From contig JAFATB010000013.1 of NCBI GenBank assembly GCA_019244185.1, forward strand, positions 96,001 through 160,000: DNA of 64,000 nucleotides, in the 5' to 3' direction. Source of the stretch: Acidobacteriota bacterium (GTDB lineage: Bacteria; Acidobacteriota; Thermoanaerobaculia; Gp7-AA8). The notes under the pieces were generated by a model. That model made no database searches, was not told the origin of the DNA, and was given only the letters and a program-made list of their open reading frames with translations. Every line of letters begins with the position of its first letter. Within the stretch, counting starts at the first letter, position 1. Below are positions 40,793-50,893 of this stretch, in pieces. The position numbers were made by a program, and so were the translations under genes.

Positions 40793-41177
40793 TGCGGAAG
40801 ACGTGGCCGTCCGGATGGCGGACGTGCATCTCGCGCACGCCCCACGGCTGATCGCTCGGCGGCCACGTCACTTCGATTCCCTGCTCGACGCAGCGCCGGT
40901 GCACCTCGTCGACGTCTTCGACCCAGATCGACATCCATACGCCTTTGTCCGCGGAATCGCTGCCGTCGGGACCGAACGTATGCGCGAAGTCGCTCTTGCC
41001 GCGGCCCCCCTGGCCGTTCTCGCAAAGGAAGATCTCGCACGCGCCCGAGCAGACCGCGCCGAACCTCGGCGGCTCGCCCCAGTCCCACGCCTTCGACCAG
41101 CCGAGCTTCTCGAACCAGGCGAAGCTTTCCTGAATGTTCGAGACGTTGAGGATGGGATTCAGCGCATGCGCGTGCAT
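40767..41177 (-). CDS. VOC/glyoxalase/bleomycin-resistance family protein
   Basis: PILNVSNI, QPWGVREMHVRHPDGH. Confidence 0.88.
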   Translation of the reverse strand: MHAHALNPILNVSNIQESFAWFEKLGWSKAWDWGEPPRFGAVCSGACEIFLCENGQGGRGKSDFAHTFGPDGSDSADKGVWMSIWVEDVDEVHRRCVEQGIEVTWPPSDQPWGVREMHVRHPDGHVFRISRGLDEH

Positions 41178-41186
41178 GCTGCCACG

Positions 41187-41642
41187 CTACTCCAACCCGA
41201 TCGCCGCGCGCACCTCGACCTCGAGCGCATTCATCTCGCCGCTGTCGGTCTCATGGTCGTAGCCGAGCGCGTGGAGGATGCCGTGGAGAATCAAATAGCG
41301 GATCTCGGTCGCGAGCGAATGCTTCTCGTCCGCGGCCTGGCGGCGGGCCTGATCGACGGAGATGACGATGTCGCCGAGGGGGCGGCCTTGTGCTTTGGCG
41401 GGCTCGTTGTAGGAGTCGTCGGCGGGGAAGGTGAGGACGTCCGTCGTGCGGTTCTTCTTGCGGAACTGGCGGTTGAGCGTCGTCATCGCGTCGTCGTCGA
41501 CGAACGCGATCGAGGCTTCGGTGATCTCGTCCTTCAGCTTGTCGAGCTTCTCGAGCGTGAGCAGCACGGTTCTCGCGAACTCGGCGATCTCGCGCCGGCT
41601 GAAACGGGGGACGGCGGCCCCCGTCACCTCGATGTTGGTCAC
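41187..41642 (-). CDS. ybeY: rRNA maturation RNase YbeY
   Basis: TDVLTF, LGDIVIS, HGILHALGYDH. Confidence 0.95.
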   Translation of the reverse strand: MTNIEVTGAAVPRFSRREIAEFARTVLLTLEKLDKLKDEITEASIAFVDDDAMTTLNRQFRKKNRTTDVLTFPADDSYNEPAKAQGRPLGDIVISVDQARRQAADEKHSLATEIRYLILHGILHALGYDHETDSGEMNALEVEVRAAIGLE

Positions 41643-42634
41643 GACGCGGTCCCGGTGCCCTGTTGCTTCTCGCGTTCCTTGTCGGCGCGGTCGTACGCGA
41701 CGACGATGCGACCGACGAGCGGATGGCGCACGACGTCGCGATCGCTGAAGTCGAAGAAGCGCAGTCCTTCGAGTCCGTCGAGGATGCGGCGCACCTCGCG
41801 CAGTCCCGACTTCTTCCCTTCCGGAAGATCGACCTGCGTGATGTCGCCGGTGACGACCGCCTTCGAGCCGAAGCCGAGGCGCGTGAGGAACATCTTCATC
41901 TGCTCGGGCGTGGTGTTCTGCGCCTCGTCGAGGATGATGAACGAGTCGTTGAGCGTGCGGCCGCGCATGAACGCGAGCGGCGCGATCTCGATGATGCTGC
42001 GCTCCATCAGCTTCTCCACTTTCTCGAAGCCGATGATGTCGTAGAGCGAGTCGTACAGCGGGCGGAGATACGGGTTCACTTTCTCCGCGATGTCGCCGGG
42101 GAGGAAGCCGAGGCGCTCGCCCGCTTCGACGGCGGGGCGGCAGAGGATGATGCGCTTGATCTGCTTGTCCTGCAGCGCGGCCGCGGCGGCGGCGACGGCG
42201 AGATACGTCTTGCCGGTGCCGGCGGGGCCGACGCCGAACACGACGTCCTCGTCCTGAATGGCCTGCAGGTACATCTTCTGAGCCATGTTCCGCGGCGTGA
42301 CGATGCGGCGGATGGATTGCTGCACGGCGTTGTCGGTGAAGAACTCGACGAGGTTCGTGTCGGGCACGTCGCGCACGACGCGAACGCCGGTGGAGACGTC
42401 CGACTTCTTCATCGGATAGCCCTGCTCGACGAGCTGCTGCAACTCGCCGAGGATCTTCTGCACGGGCGCGATGTTCTCGGCCGCGCCGGAGACGAAGATC
42501 TCGCTGCCGCGCGAGGAGATCTTCACCGAGAAGGCGTCTTCGATCGCGCGGAGGTTCTCGTCGTGATTGCCGAACAGCGTATGCGTCTGCTGTTCGTCGA
42601 GGGTGAGCTCAATGGTGGTCTTCTGATCGGCCAT
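41639..42634 (-). CDS. phoH: PhoH-family ATPase (YbeZ)
   Basis: GPAGTGKT, RPAVEAGERLGFLPG, LDEAQN, DVVRH. Confidence 0.95.
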   Translation of the reverse strand: MADQKTTIELTLDEQQTHTLFGNHDENLRAIEDAFSVKISSRGSEIFVSGAAENIAPVQKILGELQQLVEQGYPMKKSDVSTGVRVVRDVPDTNLVEFFTDNAVQQSIRRIVTPRNMAQKMYLQAIQDEDVVFGVGPAGTGKTYLAVAAAAAALQDKQIKRIILCRPAVEAGERLGFLPGDIAEKVNPYLRPLYDSLYDIIGFEKVEKLMERSIIEIAPLAFMRGRTLNDSFIILDEAQNTTPEQMKMFLTRLGFGSKAVVTGDITQVDLPEGKKSGLREVRRILDGLEGLRFFDFSDRDVVRHPLVGRIVVAYDRADKEREKQQGTGTAS

Positions 42635-42640
42635 GCAACC

Positions 42641-43186
42641 TCATGCAATGAAAAAACTGATCCATACCTCGCCGTACTCGGCGCGGCGCTGGAAGTGGAG
42701 TCGCTGAGTCTCTTTGGTCAACGGTTCGGTGTGCCTTCGATGCTCGATGGCGACGAGCGCACCGCCGGCGAGAGCGGGCGTCTGATCGAGAGCGTCGAGG
42801 AGTGCGTCGTAACGGTCGAAGGCATAGGGCGGATCGGCGTAGATCACGTCGAAAACCTCGCCGCCGAGGCGGTTAATCCCGGCGAGCGCGTCGGCAGTCA
42901 TCGTGCGAACGGGGACGTCGAGCGCCTTCGCCGCGCGATCGATTGCGGCGGTATGCGCGCGCGCGACGTCGATGGCGAGCGCCGCGGCGGCGCCGCGTGA
43001 AACGGCTTCGAACGAGAAGATGCCGCTGCCGGCGAAGAGATCGAGAAAGCGCGCGCCGGCGATCCGGTCGGCGACGATGTTGAAGAAGGCTTGCCGCGCG
43101 CGCTCGGATGTCGGACGCAGGTCGGATTTCGGCACGGCGATGCGGCGTCCGCGCAACGCGCCGCCGGTGACGCGCAGCGTGCTCAC
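42641..43186 (-). CDS. rsmD: 16S rRNA m2G966 methyltransferase RsmD
   Basis: LRPTSER, LDLFAGSG, DPPY. Confidence 0.9.
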   Translation of the reverse strand: MSTLRVTGGALRGRRIAVPKSDLRPTSERARQAFFNIVADRIAGARFLDLFAGSGIFSFEAVSRGAAAALAIDVARAHTAAIDRAAKALDVPVRTMTADALAGINRLGGEVFDVIYADPPYAFDRYDALLDALDQTPALAGGALVAIEHRRHTEPLTKETQRLHFQRRAEYGEVWISFFIA

Positions 43187-43962
43187 CCCTTCGGCTTCGC
43201 TCCGACGAAGAAGAGGTTGAGGTCTTTCTTGGCGACGTAGATCGTCGTCGGCGCGTCGAGGCAGCGCAGCTCGACGACGCCCGGCGGATTGACGATGCGC
43301 ATGACGCGATACGTTTTCTCGTCGTCGGCCACGAGCTCGTCGCCCGGCTTCGGCTCGTAGCCCGCGACCGTGCTCGTGACGCCGCGGTCCTCCGACATCG
43401 CGCGCAGCAGATCGCGCAAAGGCGCGACGAGATCGCCGAGCTCTTTCGGCGGCACCGCGGACGGATGGAACGTGCGCTCGACGTACGAGTCGCCGCTGTA
43501 GATGCGCACGAGCGCGCGATGGCTGGCCTCGGGAGTGGAGAGCGACGCCTGGCGGATGTCGCGCAGCGTGTCCGCCTTCGCTGCGGCGAGATAGCGCTTC
43601 AGCGCGTCGGGGGGCAGGATCATCTTCTTCTGGATCGTGCCGACGCCGGTCATGCGCACGACGACGAGGCCGCCCTCGAAGATGGAGAGCCGCTGCTCCA
43701 CCTGGCCGTCTTTCATGAGGTAATCGATGAGGGGCTTCGGAAGATGTCCGTCGACGAGCTGCGGCCCCAGCGCCTGGCGCGCGCCGTCGAGATCGGGGAT
43801 GTCGTAGCGCCGCATGCGCCGGCCGTTCGGCAGCGGCGTCGAGCCCGCGCCGCCCGGCGGTGCCGGCGCGACCTGCGTGATGTCGTGCTGCGCGCGCGCG
43901 GGGAACGCGACGCTGCCGATGACGATCAGTGCGAGCGCGGCGAGCGGGAGGCGGGGAGGCAT
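43183..43962 (-). CDS. Secreted hypothetical protein
   Basis: Signal peptide MPPRLPLAALALIVIGSVAFPARA; stop overlaps the rsmD GTG. Confidence 0.7.
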   Translation of the reverse strand: MPPRLPLAALALIVIGSVAFPARAQHDITQVAPAPPGGAGSTPLPNGRRMRRYDIPDLDGARQALGPQLVDGHLPKPLIDYLMKDGQVEQRLSIFEGGLVVVRMTGVGTIQKKMILPPDALKRYLAAAKADTLRDIRQASLSTPEASHRALVRIYSGDSYVERTFHPSAVPPKELGDLVAPLRDLLRAMSEDRGVTSTVAGYEPKPGDELVADDEKTYRVMRIVNPPGVVELRCLDAPTTIYVAKKDLNLFFVGAKPKG

Positions 43963-44035
43963 CGTTGTGTCGTTAGTGTAGCGCCGCGTCCGGCCGCGCG
44001 CGTGACGCGCTATGCTTTTTTCGGAGGACCTGTTC

Positions 44036-45379
44036 TTGATCCGGATCGCTGCCTGGACCGCTGCCGTTCTGCTGACGTTCCCTCTTTTCGCCGGCGAGGT
44101 CGTGCCGGCATCGAACATCGTTGGTGGCCTGCCGCGCGCCGCATTTCTCGGCGCGCTGCTCGCCGGCCCCGACGGCGTTCCGACCATCAACGGCGTCATG
44201 CCCGGCGCGCCCGCGGAAGCGATCGGGCTGAAGGCGGGCGACGTGATCGTGTCGGTCGGCGGACAGCCCGTCGCCACCGGCGCGGCGTTCCTCGCGTCGA
44301 TCGGAAAGAAGCGCGCCGGCGATTCCGTGACGATCGTCGTGCGCCGCGGCGAGCAGACGCTGACGAAGAGCGGCACGCTCGCGGCGCGTCCGCTCGAACA
44401 GCAGCGCGACTACGACATCGACTACGGTAGCGTCGACGTGGCCGGCGCGAAGCGCCGCGTGATCGTCACGCGTCCGCGCACTCCGGGCTCTCATCCCGCC
44501 GTCCTGCTCCTCGGCGGCATCGGCTGCTATTCACTCGACGGCCTCCTGCGTCCCGCGCCACTCGATCATCCGTACGCGAAGATGCTCGACGCGCTGACGC
44601 GTGCCGGCTACGTGACGATGCGCGTCGAGAAGAGCGGCATGGGCGACAGCGAAGGCGTGCGTTGCGACGATCCGCGTGCCGACTTCGATCTCGAAACGCG
44701 CGCGTTCTCCGCGGGCCTCGCGCAGCTCGAGTCGATGCCGAACGTCGACAAGCACAACGTGTTTCTCTTCGCGCACAGCATCGGGCCGCTCGTCGCCGCG
44801 CGCATCGCGTCCGAGCATCCCGTGCGCGGCATCGCCGTCGCGGAGACGGTCGGCACCGGCTGGCTCGAATACGACCTCACGAACACGCGCCGGCAGCTGC
44901 TGCTGCGCGGCATCGCGTACGACGACGTCGAGCGCGCCGTGCGCCATCACGAGGTCTGCGCGCATCACTTCTACATCGAGAAGCAGACGCCCGAGCAGAT
45001 CCTCGCCGCGGACAAGACGTGCGCGTCCGACCTCGAGGCGCCGGCGCCGTACACGTACATGCAGCAGGTCGGATCGCTCGATCTCGCCGCGCTCTGGAAG
45101 AAGATCGACGCGCCGGTGCTGGTCTTCTACGGCACCGCGGACTTCGTGACCGACGACTACCAGTCGCAATACCTGCGCGACATGATCGACGCGTTCCATC
45201 CGGGACACGCGACGTACGTCAGGATCGAGGGCATGGACCACGGGCTGCAGCTGACCGGCACGGCGAAGGCGTCGTTCGAAGGCGCGCCGAACGCGCCGTT
45301 CGCGCAGCGGCTTGCTGACGAGACGCTGCGCTTCTTCAACGGCCTGCGTGGCGAGTCGCGTAATCCCCGGGGAGCGTGA
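44036..45379 (+). CDS. Secreted PDZ-domain alpha/beta hydrolase
   Basis: GGAGG before TTG 44036; PDZ (GAPAEAIGLKAGDVI), EKSGMGDSEG, AHSIG nucleophile elbow, GTADF, GMDH. Confidence 0.85.
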   Translation: MIRIAAWTAAVLLTFPLFAGEVVPASNIVGGLPRAAFLGALLAGPDGVPTINGVMPGAPAEAIGLKAGDVIVSVGGQPVATGAAFLASIGKKRAGDSVTIVVRRGEQTLTKSGTLAARPLEQQRDYDIDYGSVDVAGAKRRVIVTRPRTPGSHPAVLLLGGIGCYSLDGLLRPAPLDHPYAKMLDALTRAGYVTMRVEKSGMGDSEGVRCDDPRADFDLETRAFSAGLAQLESMPNVDKHNVFLFAHSIGPLVAARIASEHPVRGIAVAETVGTGWLEYDLTNTRRQLLLRGIAYDDVERAVRHHEVCAHHFYIEKQTPEQILAADKTCASDLEAPAPYTYMQQVGSLDLAALWKKIDAPVLVFYGTADFVTDDYQSQYLRDMIDAFHPGHATYVRIEGMDHGLQLTGTAKASFEGAPNAPFAQRLADETLRFFNGLRGESRNPRGA

Positions 45380-46346
45380 CGCGGGCGATCCGGTTGCTGT
45401 GCCATTCACTGAACCAGAGCGTGCCGTCGCGCCCGGCGACGAGTGAATCGGGCTCGCCTCCGGGATGCGGCAGATCGAAGCGCGTGACGACGCCTGCCGG
45501 CGTGATGCGGCCGATCTTCGCGTCTTCCGCGTGTTCCTCGAGGAACCAGATGTTGCCGTCAGCGCCTAGGGTGAGACTGCGCGTGCCGTAGAACGAATGA
45601 GGGATGGGAAACACCGTGACGGCGTGATCGTGGGCGTCGATGCGGCGAATGGTGCTCGTGCCGCTTTCGGCGATCCACGCATTGCCGTCGCGATCGAAGG
45701 CGATGCCGCGCGTGGCCCATCCGTCGAGTCCGTGGTCTTCATCCACTTTCTGCACGCGCCCATCCGGCAGCATGCGCCCGACCTGATCGGTCTCCACTTG
45801 GGTGAACCAGAGCGTGCCGTCGGGCGCGAACGCGAGCGAGTCCGCGGGGCCGTCGAGTCCTGTATCGAACTCGGTCACGCGGCCGTCGAACGTCAGCCTG
45901 CCGATGCGCGCCACGCCGTCTTCCGTGAACCAGAGCGCGCCGTCGGGACCGCTCAAAACGCGCAGCGGCGGCGCGGGCACGTTGAAGCCGGATCAATGCC
46001 CGGACGTCGTACAGCGCACGATCATCGGCTGGCTGGTGACGCTATGTCCGTTTTCCCACGAACCCCACGTGTGGCGCGCGTACCAGAGGTTGCCGTCCGC
46101 GCCGACCGTCAGCGACCGCGGTCCGTGCAACTCGCCGGGGATTCGGATTTCGTCGATCGAGCCGTCCGGCTCCACGCTGGCGATTTTGTTGGCGAGCGAT
46201 TCCCCGAACCACACCGTACCGTCGCGGGCGACGACGATGCTCGTCGGAGAGCCGTTCTCGGTCGGGACGTCGAACTCCGTGACCTCCTGCGCGTGCGCGA
46301 CGCCGCACATCAGCAGCAACAGAACGGAGAGCGCGGCATGGCGCAT
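45336..46346 (-). pseudogene. Secreted virginiamycin-B-lyase (Vgb)-like beta-propeller with an in-frame TGA at 45995-45993
   Basis: GxDGxLWF repeats on both sides of the stop in the same frame; GGAGGA upstream; signal peptide. Confidence 0.8.
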
Positions 46347-46382
46347 CGATCGGTCCTCCAACGGCAGTGTAGGCCGGTGGAG

Positions 46383-47603
46383 CTACCGCGCGTCTTCCAG
46401 TAACCGTTTTGCCACTTTGCGCGCGTACGAGCGCGCTTCTTCGGGCGGGATCTCGCCGTTCCACACGGCCACGCGCGTGCGTTCGATCGCTTGCGCGACG
46501 TGCGGGCCGCCGGGGACTTCGAGATCGTTGCCGCGGAGCGGGAGTTTGAATTTCTCGAACTCGCGGAAGCGCTCGATGTGCACGCCTTCGCCGGCGCGTT
46601 CGGCGGCGAGGAGCGTGAGCATCTCCGCGGTCACGCCGCGATAAATGCGGAAGCGTTCCGCGTCGGTCTCCGCGGCGCCGACGCTCTCGATGACGCGCGG
46701 AAACTCGTTCGCGATCTCGACGACGGCGCGCGCGCGTTTCTGCGAGAAGCCGGAGCCTTCGAAGTCGACGGGCGACGCGTCGCCGCGCAGCAGCACGCCG
46801 GTGTAGAGCACGTAGCGATCGGCTTCGGGCTGTTGCGCGAGTTGCGCGCCGACGCGTTCCAAACGCGCGCGCAGCTCCTCGTGCTCGCGATTGCCGAAGA
46901 GCGGCGCGAGCGCGCCTTGTGCGACGAGGGTGGCGAGCACGGCCGGCGCGTCCGGCTCGTCCATCGCGAGAAACAGCTCGCGCCAGAGGCGCTCCTTTGC
47001 GACGGTGTCGAACGCGCTGCCTTCGATTGCCTCGCGCATCAGCGACGCGGTGTGCGGCTCGATGGTGAAGCCGAGGCGCGTGGCGAGACGGATCGCGCGA
47101 AAGATGCGCGTCGGATCGTCGAGGAAGCTGCGGTCGTGCAGCACGCGGATGACGCGGCGCTCGATGTCCGCCTCGCCGTCGGCGGGATCGTGTAAGGCGC
47201 CGTTGTCGAGATCCATCGCGATCGCGTTGATGGAGAAGTCGCGGCGCAGCAGGTCGTCCTTGAGGCGTCCCGCGGTCACGGCGGGAAGCGCGCCGGGACG
47301 GCGGTAGCGTTCCTTGCGCGCGGTGGCGATGTCGATCTCGGGCAGGCCTTCGGCGGTCACCTTGTACGTGAGGAACTGCGGGAACGAGCGCACGCGGCCT
47401 TCGACGCGCTTCGCCAGCGCACGCGCGAGCGTGGAGCTGCCGTCTTCGAGAGTCAGATCGACGTCGATGGCGCTGCGGCCGAGGAGGAGGTCGCGGACCG
47501 GGCCGCCGACGAGGTACGGGTGGCAGTCCTTTTCCGCGGCGACTTCCTTGACGAGGTCGATGGCGCGCCGTTGGGGCGTCGGGAGATCGAGGAGCCGTTT
47601 CAT
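46383..47603 (-). CDS. Class II tRNA nucleotidyltransferase (CCA/A-adding type)
   Basis: YLVGGPVRD, DVD, ATARKERY..PGALP, DLLRRDFSINA, SFLDDPTRIFRA. Confidence 0.9.
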   Translation of the reverse strand: MKRLLDLPTPQRRAIDLVKEVAAEKDCHPYLVGGPVRDLLLGRSAIDVDLTLEDGSSTLARALAKRVEGRVRSFPQFLTYKVTAEGLPEIDIATARKERYRRPGALPAVTAGRLKDDLLRRDFSINAIAMDLDNGALHDPADGEADIERRVIRVLHDRSFLDDPTRIFRAIRLATRLGFTIEPHTASLMREAIEGSAFDTVAKERLWRELFLAMDEPDAPAVLATLVAQGALAPLFGNREHEELRARLERVGAQLAQQPEADRYVLYTGVLLRGDASPVDFEGSGFSQKRARAVVEIANEFPRVIESVGAAETDAERFRIYRGVTAEMLTLLAAERAGEGVHIERFREFEKFKLPLRGNDLEVPGGPHVAQAIERTRVAVWNGEIPPEEARSYARKVAKRLLEDAR

Positions 47604-48424
47604 CCGATGAGCGTCTCGTAGAGGTGCGCGAGAATGCGCAGCCGTTGCCGCGGACGGAACTTCGAAGCCGTCTGCCGCGCCGCCGTCATCTTCGCCTCTG
47701 CCACCTCTGGCTTGAACAGGGCGGCAAGTATCGCATGAGTCATTTCGTTGGGGTCGTTCAGGGGCACCAGAAACCCCGTCCGATTTTGCTCCAGCCGCAA
47801 ACGGTTGAGTGACGTTTTCGCTGCCGCGACCACGATTCCCGAGACGAGCGCCTCCGCGACGAAGCCGTCGAGGTCGTCGTCGGAAAGGGCCGGATCGACC
47901 CAGAGATCCACGCTCCGTAGATCGCGCGGCGACGGCGGCTCGTGGAAGAGCGTCCACGTGACGTCGGCGCGGAAGCGCTGGATGCGCGCGAGCGTCTGCT
48001 CGACGAGATTGCGCGTGCTCGCGCGGGCGAAGCTGCCGACGACGCGGACGTCGCCACGCGGCTGCCGAACGTGCGCATCTTCAACAAAGTACGCATCTTC
48101 GACCGCCTCCGGCAGCGGTTGCAGGCGGCCGATTCCGGGCGGCTCCGTGAGCGGGGAGACGACGTACGCCGGCGCCGCCGGCTTGCGCAGTATCCAGCGC
48201 GAGCGATGGATGTCGATCGCGGCGACGTACGGAATCGGGAAGCCACGGAAGAGCGATGCTGGCAGCGCGCGTCCGGCGTAGACGTGCGCGACCTGCGCGT
48301 CGCCGACCGCATCCGCCGGCACCACGCGCACGTCGTGTTTCGCCGAGAGCGCGGCGAAGTCGACGCGCTGGCATTTCCGCTCGTATTCGGAGGCGTCCGG
48401 GAGGATGATCTGTGCGATCCGCAT
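47600..48424 (-). CDS. Short GT-B (GT4-like) glycosyltransferase
   Basis: VDLWVDP...DGFVAEALVSG, TGFLVPLND; stop overlaps the tRNA nucleotidyltransferase ATG. Confidence 0.65.
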   Translation of the reverse strand: MRIAQIILPDASEYERKCQRVDFAALSAKHDVRVVPADAVGDAQVAHVYAGRALPASLFRGFPIPYVAAIDIHRSRWILRKPAAPAYVVSPLTEPPGIGRLQPLPEAVEDAYFVEDAHVRQPRGDVRVVGSFARASTRNLVEQTLARIQRFRADVTWTLFHEPPSPRDLRSVDLWVDPALSDDDLDGFVAEALVSGIVVAAAKTSLNRLRLEQNRTGFLVPLNDPNEMTHAILAALFKPEVAEAKMTAARQTASKFRPRQRLRILAHLYETLIG

Positions 48425-48467
48425 CGTGGGATGCGCATCTTGCCTTAAACTCGAAACACTTACGCGC

Positions 48468-49766
48468 ATGGAACCGCAGCGGATCGGCGTCTGGAGCGAG
48501 CGCGGCGATCTCATCGAGGTCCTGCGGGAGACCTGTCCCTCGATGCACTTCGTCATGGAAGGCGACGAGCGGCGCACCGCGCGCATCGCCATCGTCGACG
48601 CCGGTGCGGAACGTCCCTCCGTCAAGAGCGTCGTCCGGATTTTTCTCTGTGCGGAAGAGCCGGTGCCCGACGGCCGTCGTAGTGGCGAGCTGCACGTCGC
48701 CCGCGACGCGTTCCTCCGCAACCCCGCCGAGTACCTCGGATTCGCCGGCGATCTCGCATTCGCCGTCGTTCACGCGGCGAAGCTCGAGCACGAGTCGGTC
48801 TACCTCAAGCACATCCACGAGCTGATGACGATGACCGATGCCGAGGCGGTGTCGGAGCGGATCACGTCGACCGTGCTCGATTTTCTGGGATTGCCGCACG
48901 GCACGCTCTTCCTGCACGACCCGCGGCTGGAGCGCTACGTCGTCAGCTACAGCAACGATCCGGGGTACCGCGAGACCGGCGAGTTTCTGCCCGGGATTCG
49001 CCCGGACGTGCTGCAGCAGGCGCTCGCGTCGTCGCAGCTCTTCGCGGTGTCACGCGACGCGGACGGCAGCGGAATCATGGTCATGCCGCTGCAGGTGCGC
49101 GAGGATCTCATCGGCGTGATCCGCGTGCCGCTGCACGCGAGCGACACGTTCGACGATGACGCGGCGTCGAACGTCACCAGCTATCTCACCGCCGTCGCGC
49201 AGGTGCTGAGCAACATCTACCAGCTGACGCGCAGCCGCGACCTCGCCATGCGCGACGATCTGACGAAGGCGTACAACCGGCGCTTCTTCGACATCTCGCT
49301 CGACGAGGAGATGGAGCGCTCGCGCCGCTACGGCACGATCTTCAGCATCATCTTCCTCGACCTCGACGACCTGAAGCTCGTCAACAATCTCTACGGTCAC
49401 CTCAGCGGCTCGCGCACGCTGCAGGAAGTAGCGAAGCGGATCCTGAGCGCCGTGCGCGGCATCGACAAGGTCGTGCGCTTCGGCGGCGACGAGTTCTGCA
49501 TCATCCTGCCGCAGACCGATCCCGAGCAGGCCATCGCGGTCGCGAACCGCGTCGCGCGTTCGATGGGCGCGAGCCCGCTGCGGCTCGACGCGAACGTGGA
49601 AGTGTCGATCACGGCGAGCTTCGGCATCGCCACGTATCCGACGCACGCGATCACGAAGGAAGGGCTGATCCGCCAGGCCGACGCGGCGATGTACCGCGTG
49701 AAGTCGACGACGAAGAACTCCGTCGGCATCGCCACCGTCGAGGACGCGACGCGGCCCGTGCATTAA
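48468..49766 (+). CDS. GAF-GGDEF diguanylate cyclase
   Basis: DDLTKAYNRR, DLDDLKLVN, RGID I-site five residues before GGDEF. Confidence 0.92.
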   Translation: MEPQRIGVWSERGDLIEVLRETCPSMHFVMEGDERRTARIAIVDAGAERPSVKSVVRIFLCAEEPVPDGRRSGELHVARDAFLRNPAEYLGFAGDLAFAVVHAAKLEHESVYLKHIHELMTMTDAEAVSERITSTVLDFLGLPHGTLFLHDPRLERYVVSYSNDPGYRETGEFLPGIRPDVLQQALASSQLFAVSRDADGSGIMVMPLQVREDLIGVIRVPLHASDTFDDDAASNVTSYLTAVAQVLSNIYQLTRSRDLAMRDDLTKAYNRRFFDISLDEEMERSRRYGTIFSIIFLDLDDLKLVNNLYGHLSGSRTLQEVAKRILSAVRGIDKVVRFGGDEFCIILPQTDPEQAIAVANRVARSMGASPLRLDANVEVSITASFGIATYPTHAITKEGLIRQADAAMYRVKSTTKNSVGIATVEDATRPVH

Positions 49767-49777
49767 TCTTCGTCTCC

Positions 49778-50893
49778 ATGTCCTCCGACGAGAATCTCTC
49801 GATTCAGGGCGCGCTCGCCGAGACGACCGTGCCCGATCTCATCCGCTCGATCGTGCGCAGCAGCGAGACGGCGATTCTCTCGCTCGACGCCATCGGCCGC
49901 TCGGACACGCTCTTCTTCTCTGAAGGACGCCTCGTCAATGCCGTCAGCACCGACCCCGACATGGGGCTCGCGGAGACGCTGCTCCGCTCCGGTGAGCTGA
50001 ACATCCAGCAGTACGACCACGCGATGGAGCGGCTCGTCGTCGCGCGCCGCCTCGGCGGACTGCTCTGCGAACTCGGCTACCTCGCGCCGGAGGACCTCAC
50101 TCGCGCGGTGGAGCGGCAGGCCAGCGCGATCGTGCTGAATGCGATCGCGTACCGCACCGGCAGCTACACGATCGAGTTCGCGCCGTCGCTGCCGGACGGC
50201 ATCATTCCGCTGCCGCTCATGACCGAGCGCCTCATCCTCGACGGCGTGCGGCGCCTCGAATACTGGTCGCTCATCACGCGCGGCATCGGCCGGCTCGACC
50301 GCATGCTGAGACAGGTGCCGGGCGCCGACACGCGCGCGTTCCAGCTCGAGCTGAACGACGACGAGAGCCACGTGCTGTCGCTGCTCGCCGAAGATCCGCA
50401 GTCGATCGAGCAGCTCTGCGCGCGCAGCTATCTCTCGAACTTCCAGACCCTGCGCACGATCTGGGGACTGCTCGCGGTGAACCTCGTCACGGAAGCGGAG
50501 ACGAGCGGCGCGGACGAGAAGCGCGCGGCGATGGAGACGGAGTACGAGCTCGAGGCGATGGTCGAAAAGTACAACACCGTCTTCCAGCGCATCTTCGGCC
50601 TCGCGTTCCACGCCATCGGCGATCACGTCTACGACTTCATGGATCGCGTCGTCCTGCATCTCTCGCCCGAGACGCTGCCGTATCTCTCCGGGATGAGCTT
50701 CATCAACGAGGGGCGCGTCGACTTCGATCAGCTGCTCAACAATCTCTACGCGTCCGGCTCGCAGAACCACGGCGCCGTCGTGCACGACGTGCTCAACGAG
50801 CTGCTGTACGGCTGGATTTACGAGACGAAGGCGGAGTTCGGCCCGGCCATGGAGTCGGAGATCGTGAAGCTCGCGGAATCGCTGCGGCGATGA
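49778..50893 (+). CDS. DUF4388 domain protein
   Basis: QGALAETTVPDLI, LFFSEGRL, LAETLLRSG, LGGLLCELG, LILDGVRR. Confidence 0.82.
   Translation: MSSDENLSIQGALAETTVPDLIRSIVRSSETAILSLDAIGRSDTLFFSEGRLVNAVSTDPDMGLAETLLRSGELNIQQYDHAMERLVVARRLGGLLCELGYLAPEDLTRAVERQASAIVLNAIAYRTGSYTIEFAPSLPDGIIPLPLMTERLILDGVRRLEYWSLITRGIGRLDRMLRQVPGADTRAFQLELNDDESHVLSLLAEDPQSIEQLCARSYLSNFQTLRTIWGLLAVNLVTEAETSGADEKRAAMETEYELEAMVEKYNTVFQRIFGLAFHAIGDHVYDFMDRVVLHLSPETLPYLSGMSFINEGRVDFDQLLNNLYASGSQNHGAVVHDVLNELLYGWIYETKAEFGPAMESEIVKLAESLRR

Noticed and set aside
42634-42660. TGCAACC as another ECF promoter
   Set aside because: No CGT at 16-17 nt, and it points antisense into rsmD.
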